A DNA stretch of 64,000 nt from Eledone cirrhosa (GCA_964016885.1 OZ024741.1:293322001-293386000), one strand, 5' to 3'; shown: positions 12,805 through 27,057, counted from the first letter of the stretch. Program-made: numbers and translations. Notes: a model not told the origin generated them from the letters alone.

Positions 12805-13711
12805 ATCGAACCAACCAGCCAACCAGAAATTTATAATAAAGTGAAAACCAACAGGTGCGTGTGTTTTTATTGGCAGCATGACCCTCCCAAAGTATAACAA
12901 TACACGCACGTTTTCAGATAAGAAATCTTGCAAAACAAATTGAAAAATGAAGTATATATATATATATATATACACACATATGTGTCTGAGAGACCTTATT
13001 ATGCTCATACATTCCATATTTGTCATGGTTTCTATGGCTGGACACCCTTCCTATCACAAACTACCTTAACTACCTGTGATGATACATTTTATCGAGGTAT
13101 CACCTCTAGAGAGATTATCATTTAAGTACATACTTTAAGGTGGAAAAGTCCTTATTTTCCTTTCGTTACTGTTTTACAGTTTGTAAACTAAAGCAAAATT
13201 CGTTCCAAGTAATTAGGACTTTTCCATCTTAAGTATGAAATTTTTCTTAAATATTCTGTGCTTTATGTACAAAATACTGTTTCTCAAATGATATATGAGA
13301 GAGAGAGATGTATGTATGCATACATGTGCAGCACATCTTTTCATGACTTATAATAGGTAATGTAATACGTGTCTCCTCACGCAGCTGCCTGTCTCCTCAT
13401 TTAGTTCATATCATGCACTGAATATATATGCAGAAAGACAATCTAACTTTCTACTGCAGAAGACTTTTTTCTATATTATTATTATATTTGTTTGTTGCTG
13501 TTGTTGTTATTGCAGCAACAGTGATGATATAACTTCTTTTATTGGCCACAAGGACTGAAGACTTTAGAAAGAGTACATATTTAAAAACAAACAAGGAAAA
13601 GGTGTGGTGTTTTGGCTGTATTACATATAGTAAAAGGGCGGCATCAACAATAAAGACACATTAATAGGTAGTAGTAGTAGTGGTGGTGATTTATTTGGTG
13701 GTGGTAGTCAT

Positions 13712-13925
13712 AATGATTTCTACTTTAGGCACAAAGGCCAGTAATTTGAGGATGTGGGGTAAGTAGATTATATCGACCCTAGTTCTTTACTGGTGCTTTA
13801 TTTTATCAACACTGGAAGGATGAAAAGCAAAGTTAACCTTGGTGGAATTTGTACTTAAAGATCTGGAACAAAAACTGCTAAGCTTTTGTCCGATGATCGA
13901 CCGATACTGCCATTCCTCTGCCATA
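13712..13925 (-). mobile_element. Meta-domain tRNA SINE
   Basis: Reverse complement contains ttaactttgcttttcatccttccagtgttgataaaataaagcaccag (Meta-domain-like) and the gtgcctaaagtagaaat tail. A second partial copy lies at ~13960-14085. Confidence 0.75.
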
Positions 13926-14361
13926 GTGTTAATAATAATAGTAGTTGTAGTAATAAATATTTCTACTTTTGGCACAAGGCCAGCAATTTGAAGGGAAGGA
14001 GAAATTAGATTAGGCTGATTCCAGTGTGTTATTGGTACTTTATTTTATTGATCCCATAAGGATGAAAGACAAAGCTAACCTCAGAGGGAGTAGTTTTAGT
14101 AATGATAATCACCCTTTTATGACCCTGTTTATAATGAAATAATCTCTATTTCAATTAATCAATGAATAGTTTTGAGAGCTTTCCTAACATTATTAACTGA
14201 TTTGATTAACAAAATAGCAACTTTGCATATATTTCTTATATATAATTATGCTGGAAAATTTCAATTTTTATGGAAACCTTAAAAACGGGTGGTTTCATAG
14301 AACCAGAGATAGCTTTGGCCAGATTTGTATCAAAAGGATTAATAGTTGAAGTAAAAGTAAT

Positions 14362-14480
14362 AATTGTTTCTACTTTAGGCACAAGGCCAGCAATTAACCA
14401 GTGCATTACTGGTACTTTATTTTATCAACCCCGTAAGGATGAAAGGCAAAGTCAACCTCGGCGGGATTTGAACTCAGAAC
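14362..14480 (-). mobile_element. Meta-domain SINE, 5'-truncated, with TSD
   Basis: Flanked by the direct repeat tgaagtaaaagtaataat. Confidence 0.85.
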
Positions 14481-14559
14481 TGAAGTAAAAGTAATAATGA
14501 TGATAATTGGCATCTGTATCCCCATGGTTCTTAGGTACACTTTTCCATTTTGAGAGGAG

Positions 14560-14965
14560 TTAAATGGAACTTTTGGGGACACTGTTTTATGATCATCTGT
14601 CCTTCCTGACACCAGACCTTTCAATCACCTCTTACACAATCAGGCCCCCTCATCTGGGATACTACATGCTGTGGCACCTTCTCTAGTGACACACTGGTGT
14701 GTTCAGCTACACACCAGGTCAAAGATGGCAAACTGTCCAAGTATCAGCAGCTCTCAGATAGGTTTGTGGTAGAGCCTGTAACTGTAGAGACGTCTAGCAT
14801 TCTTGGCCTCCGCTCACATCCCTACTCACTGCTATTGGAGCAGAGTTGGCTGCCAGTAGATGTGAGCCCTGTGAAGTGGAGTGAATGTTCTAGTGCAACT
14901 CCCTCACCATCTTCCAGGGCAATGTATTCTCTATTCTCTCAACCAGGATCCAGAGATGTAGAGTA
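14560..14965 (+). mobile_element. CRE-like (RLE endonuclease) non-LTR retrotransposon 3' fragment, decayed
   Basis: Frameshifted PLIWDTTC, KLSKYQQLSDRFVVEPVTVETSS and LTIFQGNVFSIL resemble the CRE-clade motifs WDAT..K..KY..F.P.AVET.G..LAIQRGNA. Confidence 0.65.
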
Positions 14966-15445
14966 AATTAGTTGGAGGTTGAGGATACTCATTTGAAGCC
15001 CTTACACACACCCTGTAGAACACACTAACACACTCATATATGAACTCTGCCTTGCACTGAAACACATACACATGCAGAACTAACAACTACATGCACAATC
15101 TATCACTTACTGACATACACTCACACACTATTATATTTACACATAAACACACTGTATTTCTCACTGGTATATATACACACACATATGCATTCAGAATATA
15201 TTACTCAGACTCATACAAATGGAATTAGAATGGAACTTTGTTAATTCTGATGATGAGTATTCCTGTTGTTTGATTAATAGAATGGCCTGCTTTTGAAATT
15301 GATGTTTAAGTGGTTGAGCACCGATAGGAAGATTCAGTGTGATACAGTATGTGACAAGACTACAAGACTAATTCTTTCAATTACAGGTACAGGTCAACTC
15401 AACAGGTTCCCATATAATTTCTATCTACCCAGTCTCACTTACAAA

Positions 15446-15705
15446 CAGAGGCATAACTAGGGTATGACAAGTATGATACATGCTATGGGTGCCACTTGAC
15501 TAGCAGCACTTTCTATTAAAGTCAGATAAGCTATTGTTGCTGAGTGAAAAAAGAAACTTCTTCAGATGTATGATCTGTCTTTAATTATCATAGGTGAAAA
15601 GCACTATGGTGGCTGGATCATTAAACCAATTATATAAATTATATTTGGGCAGGAGTGCAAATTCCTTGCTTGCCATAGGCTCTACTTTCCCTAGTTGCGC
15701 CTCTG
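15446..15705. mobile_element. hAT-type MITE (same family as 6539-6866, opposite orientation) nested in an older SINE
   Basis: TIRs cagaggcataactaggg / ccctagttgcgcctctg, with TSD cttacaaa / cttacaag. Confidence 0.85.
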
Positions 15706-16653
15706 CTTACAAGGCATGGGTCCACCTGAAGCTATGGTAAATGGCACTTGCCCAAGATGTTACATCATGGAATCAAACCTAAGACCTAATTATTGCAAAA
15801 CTGTTCAGATATGTTGTGTCCACATATACAAACTGTCTCACTGGCATACACAACCACTAATACTAACACACACTCTATATTTCTCACTGCCATATATATA
15901 CACAGACAAACACCCATTATATGACTCATTGGTTCACACACATATTCTCTGATATTCACTCACATTCATACACAGACACGCATGCACAAATATGGATAAA
16001 CACACACGTATATACACTGAGATTCATACAGAGACACGCATGCACAAACATGCATAAACACACACATACATACACTGACACACATGCACAAACATAAATA
16101 AAGACACAGACACATGCATATAGACACATATTCATGAACATGGATAAACACACACACACATACACACACACATATACACACACACATATACACACACTTA
16201 TGCGCAAACATAATCATACCCAAAAATAGTTTATTACATTTCAATGGCGTTTCCACTTTCCTGTTCATTAATCACAATTAGTAAATTACCATTTCAAAAG
16301 TGACTTCTGGGATAGATATTTACGTGTTTTTAATTAATACTATAAAAATATTAAATTTATTAATTTAATTAATAAGCTAATAAATTAATGCATGATTAAT
16401 TCGTTAATTCATTGATCAAATTTTTAATCACAATGCCAAACATTAATGAAAAATAAATACATAAATAGACACATAACTGATAGATTGTGTGGTTAAGGAG
16501 GTCACTTGACAATCATGTTGTTCTGGGTTCAGTTTCACTGCAAAGCACCCTGAACAAGTGTTTTCTATTATTGCTTCAAGTTGACCAATGCCTTATGGGC
16601 AGAGTTTGATAGACGGAACTTTCAGAAACCCATCAACCCATCATATATATATA

Positions 16654-16815
16654 TGAGTAAACTGGAGCAATGTGAAATAAAGTGTCTTGCTCAAGGAAAC
16701 AACACATCACCCAGTCTGAGAATTGAACTCACAACCTCTCAATTCCAGCCCAATGCTCTAACCACTAAGCCATGTGCCTTCATCAAGTCATGTGCCTTAA
16801 TCAAATCATGTGTGT
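16654..16815 (-). mobile_element. Inverted duplicate of the 5' half of the adjacent CORE-SINE
   Basis: Reverse complement of 16830-16990 with only ~2 mismatches. Confidence 0.9.
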
Positions 16816-16862
16816 TATATATATATATATACACATGATTTGATTAAGGCACATGACTTGAT

Positions 16863-17202
16863 GAAGGCACATGGCTTAGTGGTTAGAGCATTGGGCTGGA
16901 ATTGAGAGGTTTTGAGTTCAATTCTCAGACTGGGTGATGTGTTGTTTCCTTGAGCAAGACACTTTATTTCACGTTGCTCCAGTTTACTCAGCTGTAGAAA
17001 TGAGATGATAGGACTGGGGTCCATATCATTCCACTGTAAAGTGGTCGTGCAAGTGCCACGGCAAAAAAGCACCCAGCACTCACTGTAAATGAGGTTGGTG
17101 TTAGGAAGGGCATCCAGCTGTAGAAACCAAGCCAAAATCAGTTCCCGTCCCACCCTTGCAAGCAGGGAAAAAGCGGACGTAAAATGAAATGATGAATGAT
17201 GA
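16863..17202 (+). mobile_element. Full-length tRNA-derived CORE-type SINE with RTE-derived 3' tail
   Basis: A box tggcttagtgg, B box gagttcaattc, CORE-like ccttgagcaagacactttatttcacgttgctccagtttactcagctgtagaaatgag, and RTE 3' UTR gttaggaagggcatccagctgtagaaa...cggacgtaaaatg(atg)n. Confidence 0.88.
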
Positions 17203-17673
17203 CACACCATCACCAGCATCACTGCTTAACATCCATTTTTCTACTTTAGCATGGGTTAGATGCATTGTCCAGTTGTGAGGCAACCAGGTCAGATGACTAT
17301 ATTTTGTTCATATAGAACTGATATATATATATATACATACATACATACATATATACTATAATATAGACAGGATATCATGAAAGATTAATGAAATACTGAT
17401 GTAGAAGATTCATTTACATGTGTTTCAGTGCAATTACGTAATGACATGCAAAATCTAGATTGTTATGTACCCCACTTTTATGCAATATGCTATTACCACA
17501 TGCATATCATCAGAGAGGGTAATAGCCCTGAAATATGCTAAAATACACTAAGTAAAACACTACTTTGTTTTGTTTTGTTTCATTTGTCATCATTTGACCC
17601 CGCATTGTATCGGCTTTTTGAAAATTTATCAGCCTTCTACTACATATCTCACAATGCTTCGTATTAACTACAC

Positions 17674-17764
<91 letters not shown>

Positions 17765-17767
<3 letters not shown>

Positions 17768-17884
17768 GCCCTAAGGACAGACACTGTGGTCTGTTGGAGA
17801 TGCAGGACATGGCAGCGATAATGAGGGACAGAGACCACTGGAGAGAACTCGTCCATGGATCTCGGGAATTTTACCCACCTTAGA
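17765..17884 (+). mobile_element. Very short RTE 3' end inside (TA)n
   Basis: Encodes the RTE C-terminal motif MRDRDHWRELV, with (TA)n on both sides. Confidence 0.6.
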
Positions 17885-17940
17885 TATATATATATATATA
17901 TATATATCATCATTATCAACCATCATTATTACTTAAAATC

Positions 17941-18120
17941 GGTGCATTGGCAGTATCGGTAGAGGGTCAGACACCATGCTTTCCAGCATATTTACATCCC
18001 TTTTACAATCTGAGTTCAAATCCCGCCGAGGTTGACTTTGCCTTTCATCCTTGATAAAATAAAGTACCAGTAATGCACTGGGTAATTGCTGGCCTTGTGC
18101 CTAAAGTAGAAACAATTATT
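17941..18120 (+). mobile_element. Meta-domain tRNA SINE with TSD
   Basis: tRNA-like head tggcagtatcggtagag...gagttcaaatcc, Meta-like core, and a 16-bp direct repeat attattacttaaaatc at 17925-17940 and 18115-18130. Confidence 0.88.
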
Positions 18121-18739
18121 ACTTAAAATCCGTTTTCTTATCAAGCACGATGAGCTGGGGGATGCATCTTGCTTATATTTCTACACTTTACAGAGTGTAC
18201 TGGATGTATTTTATTGTGGCACCAACATTACAGAATTTGTCATATCTTTGACAGAACTGAAATGTCCGTCTCAATCCTTTGTTTGACAAGTGTTCTATTG
18301 TTGGATGCCCTTCCTGTCACCGACCCTACAGGGAGTTGGGGAGGGATGACTTGCACCAATTATGAGGGGCAAGTAAGAATAATGATAATTATGGTGTCAC
18401 AGGTTTGTGAAATTAGGTGGGTAGGAAGGGAAGATGACAAGTATGATGTTATAAGTGTAAAGAGGGTGATGTAATGGGAGATAAAGGGTGAGAAAGTATG
18501 GCATGGTTGTATGACAATTGTGGTGAGATTTGACAAGGTGATATGAGAAAGAAAAGGAGTGGCGATGATCTTGGGGAGCGTTGGAAGTATGGTGATTATA
18601 AAGAGTTTTGAGTTAGAGAAGGGGAGGACTCTTGATAGAATGAGGAAGCACCGTGATGATGGGGTGTAGTTAAGATCCAATTATGGAGCAGGATGACTAA
18701 GACAGATGATATTCTTATACTGGTAGGAAAATGCCACAT

Positions 18740-19115
18740 ATCATCAGTCTTCACAGTCCTTTGTCATCTTGTCTGTGATACTCATTATTCCATGTCTTCC
18801 TTGGTCTATCTCTTCCTTGGGTCCCATACACTGAGATTTCTCTACACTTCTTTACACAACTGTCATCTTCCATAAACGTCATATGTCCATACTAATGCAG
18901 CCTTCTCTCTTGCATGCTACATATAATTCCTCTTACGCCTAATTTATCATAATGTTCACTAATGCTACATCATTCATGCATATTGATATTCAATATCTAC
19001 TAGAACATACTTCAATTCTTTCTAACCTTTGCAGATCTTCTGCAGTTAATGACCACGTCTCATTGCCATGAAGTATCATAGTATGCACATAAGCATCATA
19101 CAGTCTACTCTTCAC
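18740..19115 (-). mobile_element. Decayed RTE LINE 3' fragment
   Basis: Minus strand RLYDAYVHTMILHGNETWSLTAEDLQRLE ... RRLH*YGHM ... GRHG, homologous to the RTE ORF C-terminus. Confidence 0.8.
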
Positions 19116-19239
19116 TGATATATACATATATATATAAAAAATGGCTGACTAAATATACACTTGTTTTCTTTCTCAAACATTTTTTCTATTCCTTCTACTT
19201 CTCACTATCTATCTTTCTATTTCATCTTTTAATTCTCAT

Positions 19240-19282
19240 TCTATCTTCTGATGAAGGACTAGTGTCTGAAACTTTAGGACTC
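19240..19282 (+). ncRNA. Degenerate minimal hammerhead ribozyme motif (Penelope pLTR-type)
   Basis: CTGATGA-aggac-tagt-gtct-GAAAC. A related decayed copy lies at 56921-56960. Confidence 0.45.
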
Positions 19283-20160
19283 CTTTCCTTCTATATCAAG
19301 CATTAAACTAATATATTTCTTCATTGGACTGTGTAGTTTCCTTATTTATGGCTGTTTACTTTTTGCCTATATATATATTGTTATACTTGGAGAGAGTCAT
19401 ATTGTTGTAATAATATTGCCAGAATTAATAAAAGAACACACCCACTGTTTGGTTGGTTTTCGCTTCTGTGTCTTTTATATCGGTTAATTTAATTTATTTG
19501 GTCCTCAATGTTACCATTGACTGACCAACAGTCAAAAATACAGATATAATATAGACACAAACACATATATATATAGTCTAACAAAGTTCTTTCGTTGCAC
19601 ATCTGCAACATCGTCAGTGGTGCTATTATGCTTCCTCCTGTTGTATTGTATGACTACGCCATCTTTATTTAGTCTGTTTATTTATTTATTTTTTGTCTTC
19701 TCTGCGCATGCGTTTGCGTGTGTGTATAGTCTTTGATGCGTGTTCGTGTTTGGGTGACTGTGTATTGGTTATTGTATTCTATCTTAGTTTACTAGTGTGT
19801 GTCTATATGTGTTTGTTGTTATTGTGCTTGTGTATGTATTTATTTATTTATTTATACTTCTCTTAGGTCATATATATATATATACATATATAGCAAAACA
19901 GAGATTGATAGAGTGCCAGGCTTGACAAAATAAATACTGGAGTTAATATCATTGACTAAATCAGCCCAGTGCCCCAGCATGGTCGTAGTCTAATGGCTGA
20001 AACCAGTAAAAGAATAAAAGAAAAAGATAAATATATAAATACATGAACAATAGAGCAATTGTCCCAAAGTGATGGCGTTAGAGTAGAGTTAGATGTATCA
20101 GTTATGGTTCTAGTAGTGGTAGTGGTGTAGTGGTATAATGGTACTGATGTTAGTGGTGGC

Positions 20161-20162
20161 AA

Positions 20163-20216
<54 letters not shown>

Positions 20217-20249
20217 GAGGAGGAGGAGGAGGAGGAGGAGGAGGAGTAA

Positions 20250-20294
<45 letters not shown>

Positions 20295-20391
20295 CATTGA
20301 TAATTGATGGCTGATCATGGAAGTATAATTCTTACAAATACTATTTTACCAATAATATGTTGCTGCTGCTACTAATACCACCATCACCACC

Positions 20392-20432
<41 letters not shown>

Positions 20433-20620
20433 CACTACTACTACTACTACTACTACTATTACTACTACTGATGATGCTGATGCTGATACTACCACCACTA
20501 CCACCACCACCACCACCACCACAATTACTACTACTGCCTCAACAATCCACACTACCACTATTACCATCAATACTACACCACAACTATCACAACCCCACCA
20601 CCACCACCAGTACATCAACA
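20161..20620. repeat. Compound trinucleotide microsatellites: (AGT)n(AGG)n followed by (ACT)n(ACC)n
   Basis: Visible directly in the sequence. Confidence 0.95.
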
Positions 20621-22362
20621 CCACCAGTTATTTAGTGTTAAAGGAAGCAGTGAATTGAAGATGTGATTAAAGACACTAACAGAAATAGTAAAATGGTGAT
20701 AAAATTATCCAGAATATCATTTCTGACACACAGCTACAATAAAATCTAATATATTCTATCGATTGATCTTTACACATTATCACCATCACATCTCTCCCAG
20801 CCTCGCCCACTGTCTGCCTGTCTCTCTCTTTCTCTTTCTTCCTCTGTGTCTGTCTCTCTCTTTCGTTCTCTCTGCCTGTCTGTCTGTCTGTCTCAATATT
20901 CTTGCTCTCTTTACCTTTTTCTATGATAGTATTTTTGCTTTATGTATTTTTATAGGTATGCACTTGTGTGTGTATATATATATGTGTGTGTGTATATATA
21001 CACACATATACATATGCATAAATCCAATGCCAACATGGAGAAACAAATGTAAAATGATGATAATGATATGTATATGCATACATGTGTCAGTGTGCGTGTA
21101 CATATTCTTTTATTCTTTTCTACAATTATACAATACTGTGTATATATATATATATAGTTATGTATATGTATATATTTATGTATATATATATTTATGTGTG
21201 TATGTATGTATATATATATATATATAGATAGATAGATAGATATCAATACACACACAAAGAGGCATCTCCATTTACATGTAGGTTAATAAATTCAGGAAAA
21301 CCCGAGTTAGTAAGCCAAATCTAAAGCCTATACTGTTAGTGTAAAACAAAATGCGATGACTCTCCCATTATGGCATAACATTATAGAAATATTAGAATGA
21401 CTTCACCGAGTACATGATAAACACTATTGTAAGTTTACTCAATTTAACCATTTTGATACCCAACCACCATCATTCAAAGCTGTTTGCTTTAAAGTGTTCC
21501 AAAGGGAAGTAATAGATATAGACTACATCACAAATCTAACTCAGTGAAATCATTTAATAAAAATATAATTAGTCAAGGGTGGGAACATTTTTGGAAGAAT
21601 CTAGAGATAAGCTCTCAAACTGCAATCATTAAAAAACTGCCAAGATTGGAGATACAATATATTGTAAAAGATCTACCAATTATAAATAAAATCTTTGGGT
21701 ACTTGGAAGGTACAAACATATTCTTCAACAGGAACTCCTAGCTGCTTTACAGCTTCTCTTGCTTTCCATTTTATTCTTTATCTTTCTTTTATTTTATTTT
21801 GTAGATCCCCCTCCCATTCACATTCCCTATTAATTTTTATTTTTATTTAAATTTTTATTCTATTCACTTAACTCTGTCTAAATTTGTATTCTATTCACTT
21901 AACTCTCTCTTTTTTTTGTTTCTCAACTCTAAGAACTAGATACTTCTCCTAGTCTGTCATGGCTTACTAGCTCTACACAAACATTTAAATTGATTAAATA
22001 AATAAATACCTATCTAAAAACATTCTATCATAATTTTATCTGACCTTTTGATACCAAACCACCTGGAACCATCTCTGGTTCGAAAATACTAAAATGTTTA
22101 TTTTAAAATATTTATCATTTTATATCTTTTTCATGCTTGCATGGCTTGGACAAGTCCTTCTCAGCACTGCCTCATTTAACTTGTCATCTTCTCTGTAAGG
22201 TTAAACTCTAAACCTCTCTACAGCTTCCTTCCAATAACATTTCCTGGCACATCTTCACTCAACATATTTATCAATCTGATTTCAGCATATGACAGCCATC
22301 TAACCCATAAAATCATGAAAAATAGACATTTAAGTGATGATGATGATTATATATCTATATAT

Positions 22363-22446
22363 ACTCTTGCCTCAAGTGGGAAAACCCCCGTCCAAACCCA
22401 TGCAAGCGTGGAACACGGACGCTAAACCTGATGATGATGATGATAT
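22363..22446 (+). mobile_element. ~80-bp extreme 3' end of RTE subfamily A inside a TA tract
   Basis: actcttgcctcaagtggg...cccatgcaagcgtggaacacggacg..(gat)n matches 2185-2280. Confidence 0.85.
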
Positions 22447-23850
22447 ATATATATTGTAAAGAGTCTGGACCCGATTTATATTATAGCCATACTCTGCTAC
22501 CCCAAGTATCAAGTACTCTGTTGAGTAATGGACTAATCAGTTTCAAACTGATTCTATCCTGATTTATGTATATATATGTGTGTGTGCATGCTTGTGCACA
22601 TGTCTGTGTATTATCATGGTATGGCTTCGCAAATGAAGATTAAGTACATATATATATATATATACAATGCGAGAATCGCATTTTCGGCGGGCAGGAAAAG
22701 CGAAGTGAAACGCAAAAATCAGAAATGATACTGGCAAAGTGCTCAATAGTTAAAAACCAGAGCTAAACAATGTGTTAAGAAGCCATACAAAACTGAAAAG
22801 GTGGTCAAGAAAGCATTAACAACCCAAGCTAAAAACCAAATCAAGCCAAACAGGTCAAAACAAAATAAATGATAAAAAATAAGGGATATATTGGCAATAG
22901 GAAGGGCATCCAACTGTAGAAAGCAAGCCAAAATTAGTTCTGTATGAGTAAGACATGGTCACCTAGCCTGGCATTGCTCACAACAAGACAACTCATATAA
23001 CCCATGTTAGTGTGGAAAAATGGACATTAAACGGTGATAATATGTATATATATATTTGTGTGTGTGTGTGTGTGTGTGTGTGTTTGTGTGTGTGTACATG
23101 TATACACAAATACACTACACACATACATATATATGTCTGTTTTTATGTGGGGGGGGGGGGATAAAAGCAAGAGAGACAGACAGATGGACAGACAGTCATA
23201 TTGAGAGGTTAAAAGGTATACCCAAGATAGTTGAAATCAACATTACATTAGATGCTTTACTGAAACAAGTGCTATACCCCACAATCTTGAATCTAAATGC
23301 CAATATCTAGGAAGTATGACTGTATATTTAATAGAAGCAAGCTCAACTAAATAATTTTACCATTAATTCTCCGAGGTCAGTTCCAATCCTTTCCTGAACA
23401 TAATCTGACATTTGGTTGGCCAGTTGAAAGAAAATCATTCTATTCTGTGGGTTCTAAAATGGTTCTGACCTTTGTTAAGGTATTTATTAATATAATCTTG
23501 GAATTCACACACTGTGCTATAAGAACATAATGATGGAGTTGCTAGTAGTACGTACATTATATACTAACACTACTATCATTATTCATTATGTATTCGACAT
23601 AACCAACCACCATAAATATTCTGCTGCCTTTGATGCCACAATTTATTGTTGTTGTTACCTGAAGCCACCTATTCATTCAATGTAACTCCCCACACCATCC
23701 CTATACTGTTCCTTGTTTATTCTATGTATTTCACTCTTGTACTCTCCCCCAAGGACTTGGGCCCTTGTGGCCAATAATATATATCATTATCATCAAAATT
23801 AGTAATTCTCTCTCACCACTATTACCACCATCATCATCATCCTCATCATT

Positions 23851-23905
<55 letters not shown>

Positions 23906-26823
23906 CACCATTATCATTATCACCATCTTCATCATCATGTTGTTGTTGTTACTGTTGTTGTAGTTATTATTATTATTATTAGTAGTAGTTGTAGAAGTAG
24001 CTGCAGTAGTACTACTAGTAGTAGTAGTAGTCCCTATGTCTGCTTGATTGATTGTTAGAATTTCCCCTCTGATTTCACAGAAACTACTGAAGCTAAGAAA
24101 CAGCAATATTTTTTATAAATACTTTACTAAGTAAAATGAAAAGGAAATTTTTAATTTTATTTTTTTTTATTTTTTTTGCAAAGTGTTATTGCTTTTTTTT
24201 TAAACAAGCAATGTGAATATATACTGAACTGGTTATGGATTGTGTGAAATATGAAAACTTAAATTAGTTATATGAAAAAATGTAATACCATAGGAATTTA
24301 TTTATTCACAAGCAACACAATTTTTCTTACTGTTATTATTTAGCTGTAATCAAGTTGGCTCAGATCAAGTATCAAGTGAAGCTATGATTAAAGGATTTCC
24401 AGCCATGACCATCTCATCTTTCATTTGTCAGCCAAAGTGAATCTTGACCTTCAGTACCTAATTTGTTTTATTTGTTAAAACAGGAGGGTATCGATTAAGG
24501 GATGTTTCAAGCCAGTTGAGCAATCACATAGAGGCCCACACACTGGAACATAACACTTTTTTTATAATGTTGATTATGATTGCCTTTCATCCATTCAAGG
24601 TCAATAAAAAAGTCCCAGTCAAGTACTGGGTTCAATTCTTCTGCTATATCTCTTTCTCACTTCTATTCTCTCACTCTCTCTATCCTTTGCTGGGTGAAAT
24701 CTGCTGTAGTCAGAAATAGAGGGTTATGGATGCCCTAGAAAAGTATGTCAATGTGGCACCCTATGACTCTGGTAGCTTTGGTGTTCATTGATAAATATAA
24801 TAATAGATCCTCTCCCAGTTTTAATGATGGGATTCTTTTGATAAATTAACTGTATGTTTGACTCATTAATGTGTAAGTGGCTGAGTATTCCACAAACAGT
24901 GTTCTCTGAATGTAATTTTCAATCAGAATTAGCATGACACACTATCTGATTGAAAATTACATTCAGAGTACATTGTTTGTAGAATAGTCAGCCACTATCT
25001 GATAAGGCTGGACTTTTAAATTACAGAAAGAATCCATTTTTTTAATTGGTTTCCACAGTTTTCTTTTACACAATTTCACTCTCAAGACTGGGGTTAGAGG
25101 GCCAAACTTTTACCTGCCTTAAGCTATATGAAATTAAAATAAAATTTGAGTATAAAAGTTTTGAATAATTATAAATGATTATTATTTATTAATGATTAAA
25201 AAATTAAATTTGTTACAAAATGTTCCTTTTAAATAATTAAGTGATTTATTCCATACAAAGTAAAGGAACAAAATTCTGGAACAATGGTCAGCTGCTTACA
25301 TTTTACTTTCACTTCACACTTCATAGCACTAATGCAAGCAATTATATGTGTTTATGCCCTGTACAACCAGAAGGCTTACAGATCAGTAGTTATGTATCAT
25401 ACTCCTATAAATACCTGCCTTTGTATGGCATAGCTATAATATTGTTATATTCAATTAGCGATCAGTGATCACATATTCATTTCAAAATATAGCAACAAAC
25501 TAAACACCCCTTTTGTGGTATCTAATTTGAAAAGAACATTTTATAGCTTATTCAAAGACAAAAGGAGTGCTTGTGACCCTTTTTAGGGCATTAAAAACTA
25601 ATGGAATCAAGGGAGAAAGTTATCCTCAGTTCAGATATCTGGCTTTAGTACTTACAACAGCGTGAAATTCATTAAAGGGACCCAAGGTCCATATTATAGT
25701 TATGGTGTTAAAACAGTTGATGGGTTCTGTTTCATTCTTAAATTACAGCATGGTGAACTAGGCCATTTGTAGTTAATATTCATTGTTTTCAGGTAATAAA
25801 ACATTAGTTACAGCTAACCAAATATTAACAATGTGATTAGTTGTTCACCACTATATTGATTCTGCTATTCTCCACATAGACTACATGAAGGTATTGGTAT
25901 TCTACAGTGTATTTATTATTTAAATAATGAGATGTGTAGTATAATGGCTAGGGTTTTTGGCTTACAATTGTAAGGTTGTAAGTTTGATTTTTGAAAGTAT
26001 GTTGTCTCTTTGTGCAAAACACTATATTTCATGGAAGGTCTGAAACACTTACATGGGAGGGGGTTTCTGCTGAAGACCATCTGCTGTCCAGCTCTCCTGA
26101 GAATTTCTTACCACCACGTTGTTCCAGTTGTACTTGTAACACATACATTGTATCACAGTGAATATTTCAGAGAACTAATATTTCAGAGAACTAATATTTC
26201 ATATCTGTGGAATACTCAGTCATATTGACATTAACTTTATTAGAAGACTTTTCTGTTGATCAAATGAACTGTAACATCATCGGAACCAATAGAAGTACAA
26301 AACAACACTCAGCATTGTTTAAATACTGTAAACATTCTGATATAGATAATGTTTCTTCTTGCTTATGACACTGCTGCTGTCTCAGGTTGTTGTCATTTGC
26401 TTGATTAAAATCAGAGATCAGTAATCAGTTTCCATGATCCACCACAAAGAGGTCGATTACTAGGACCCCAATATAGATAATGGAATTTAAAATAGCTATA
26501 TAAATCATTCTACACATATTCAGAACCAATAGAAGTACAATACAACACTTACATTGTTTAAATGTTGTAAAAAATATGATATAAATAATGAAAGTTAAAA
26601 TAGCTATATAAATCATTTTAGCTTTGGATGCTCTATCGATTTAGCCAGCTGTTGCTTCAATACTTTAATATTTCAAATATATAAGTGTCTGCGATATGGT
26701 ATACTGACTGTATGGAGTAGAGCAACAAAGAGATTCTAGTGATAGCATGTTTAAATTATTAAGTGTGTCAAAGTTGAAATGTATTGAAAGCAAGGAAAGT
26801 GGAGATGAATAAAAATGATAATA

Positions 26824-27017
26824 ATAATAATTGTTTCTACTTTAGGCACAAGGCCAGCACTTACCCAGTGCATTACTGGTACTTTATTTTATCGAGCCCG
26901 TAAGGATGAAAGGCAAAGTCAACCTCGGCGGGATTTGAACTCAGATCATAAAGGGACGTAACTATGCTGGAAAGCATGGTGTCCGACCCTCTACCAATAC
27001 TGCCACTCCACCGCCCT
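26824..27017 (-). mobile_element. Full-length Meta-domain tRNA SINE within (TAA)n
   Basis: Complete head, core and tail, with (TAA)n on both sides. Confidence 0.88.
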
Positions 27018-27019
27018 TG

Positions 27020-27057
<38 letters not shown>

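Noticed and set aside
19956-20635. Poly-Leu/Val/Pro ORFs, and similar ones at 11936, 23765, 27438 and 28638
   Set aside because: Trinucleotide repeats, with no domain or splice evidence.
25640-25800. Possible minus-strand exon ending at a gtaagt donor
   Set aside because: No clear acceptor or open frame.
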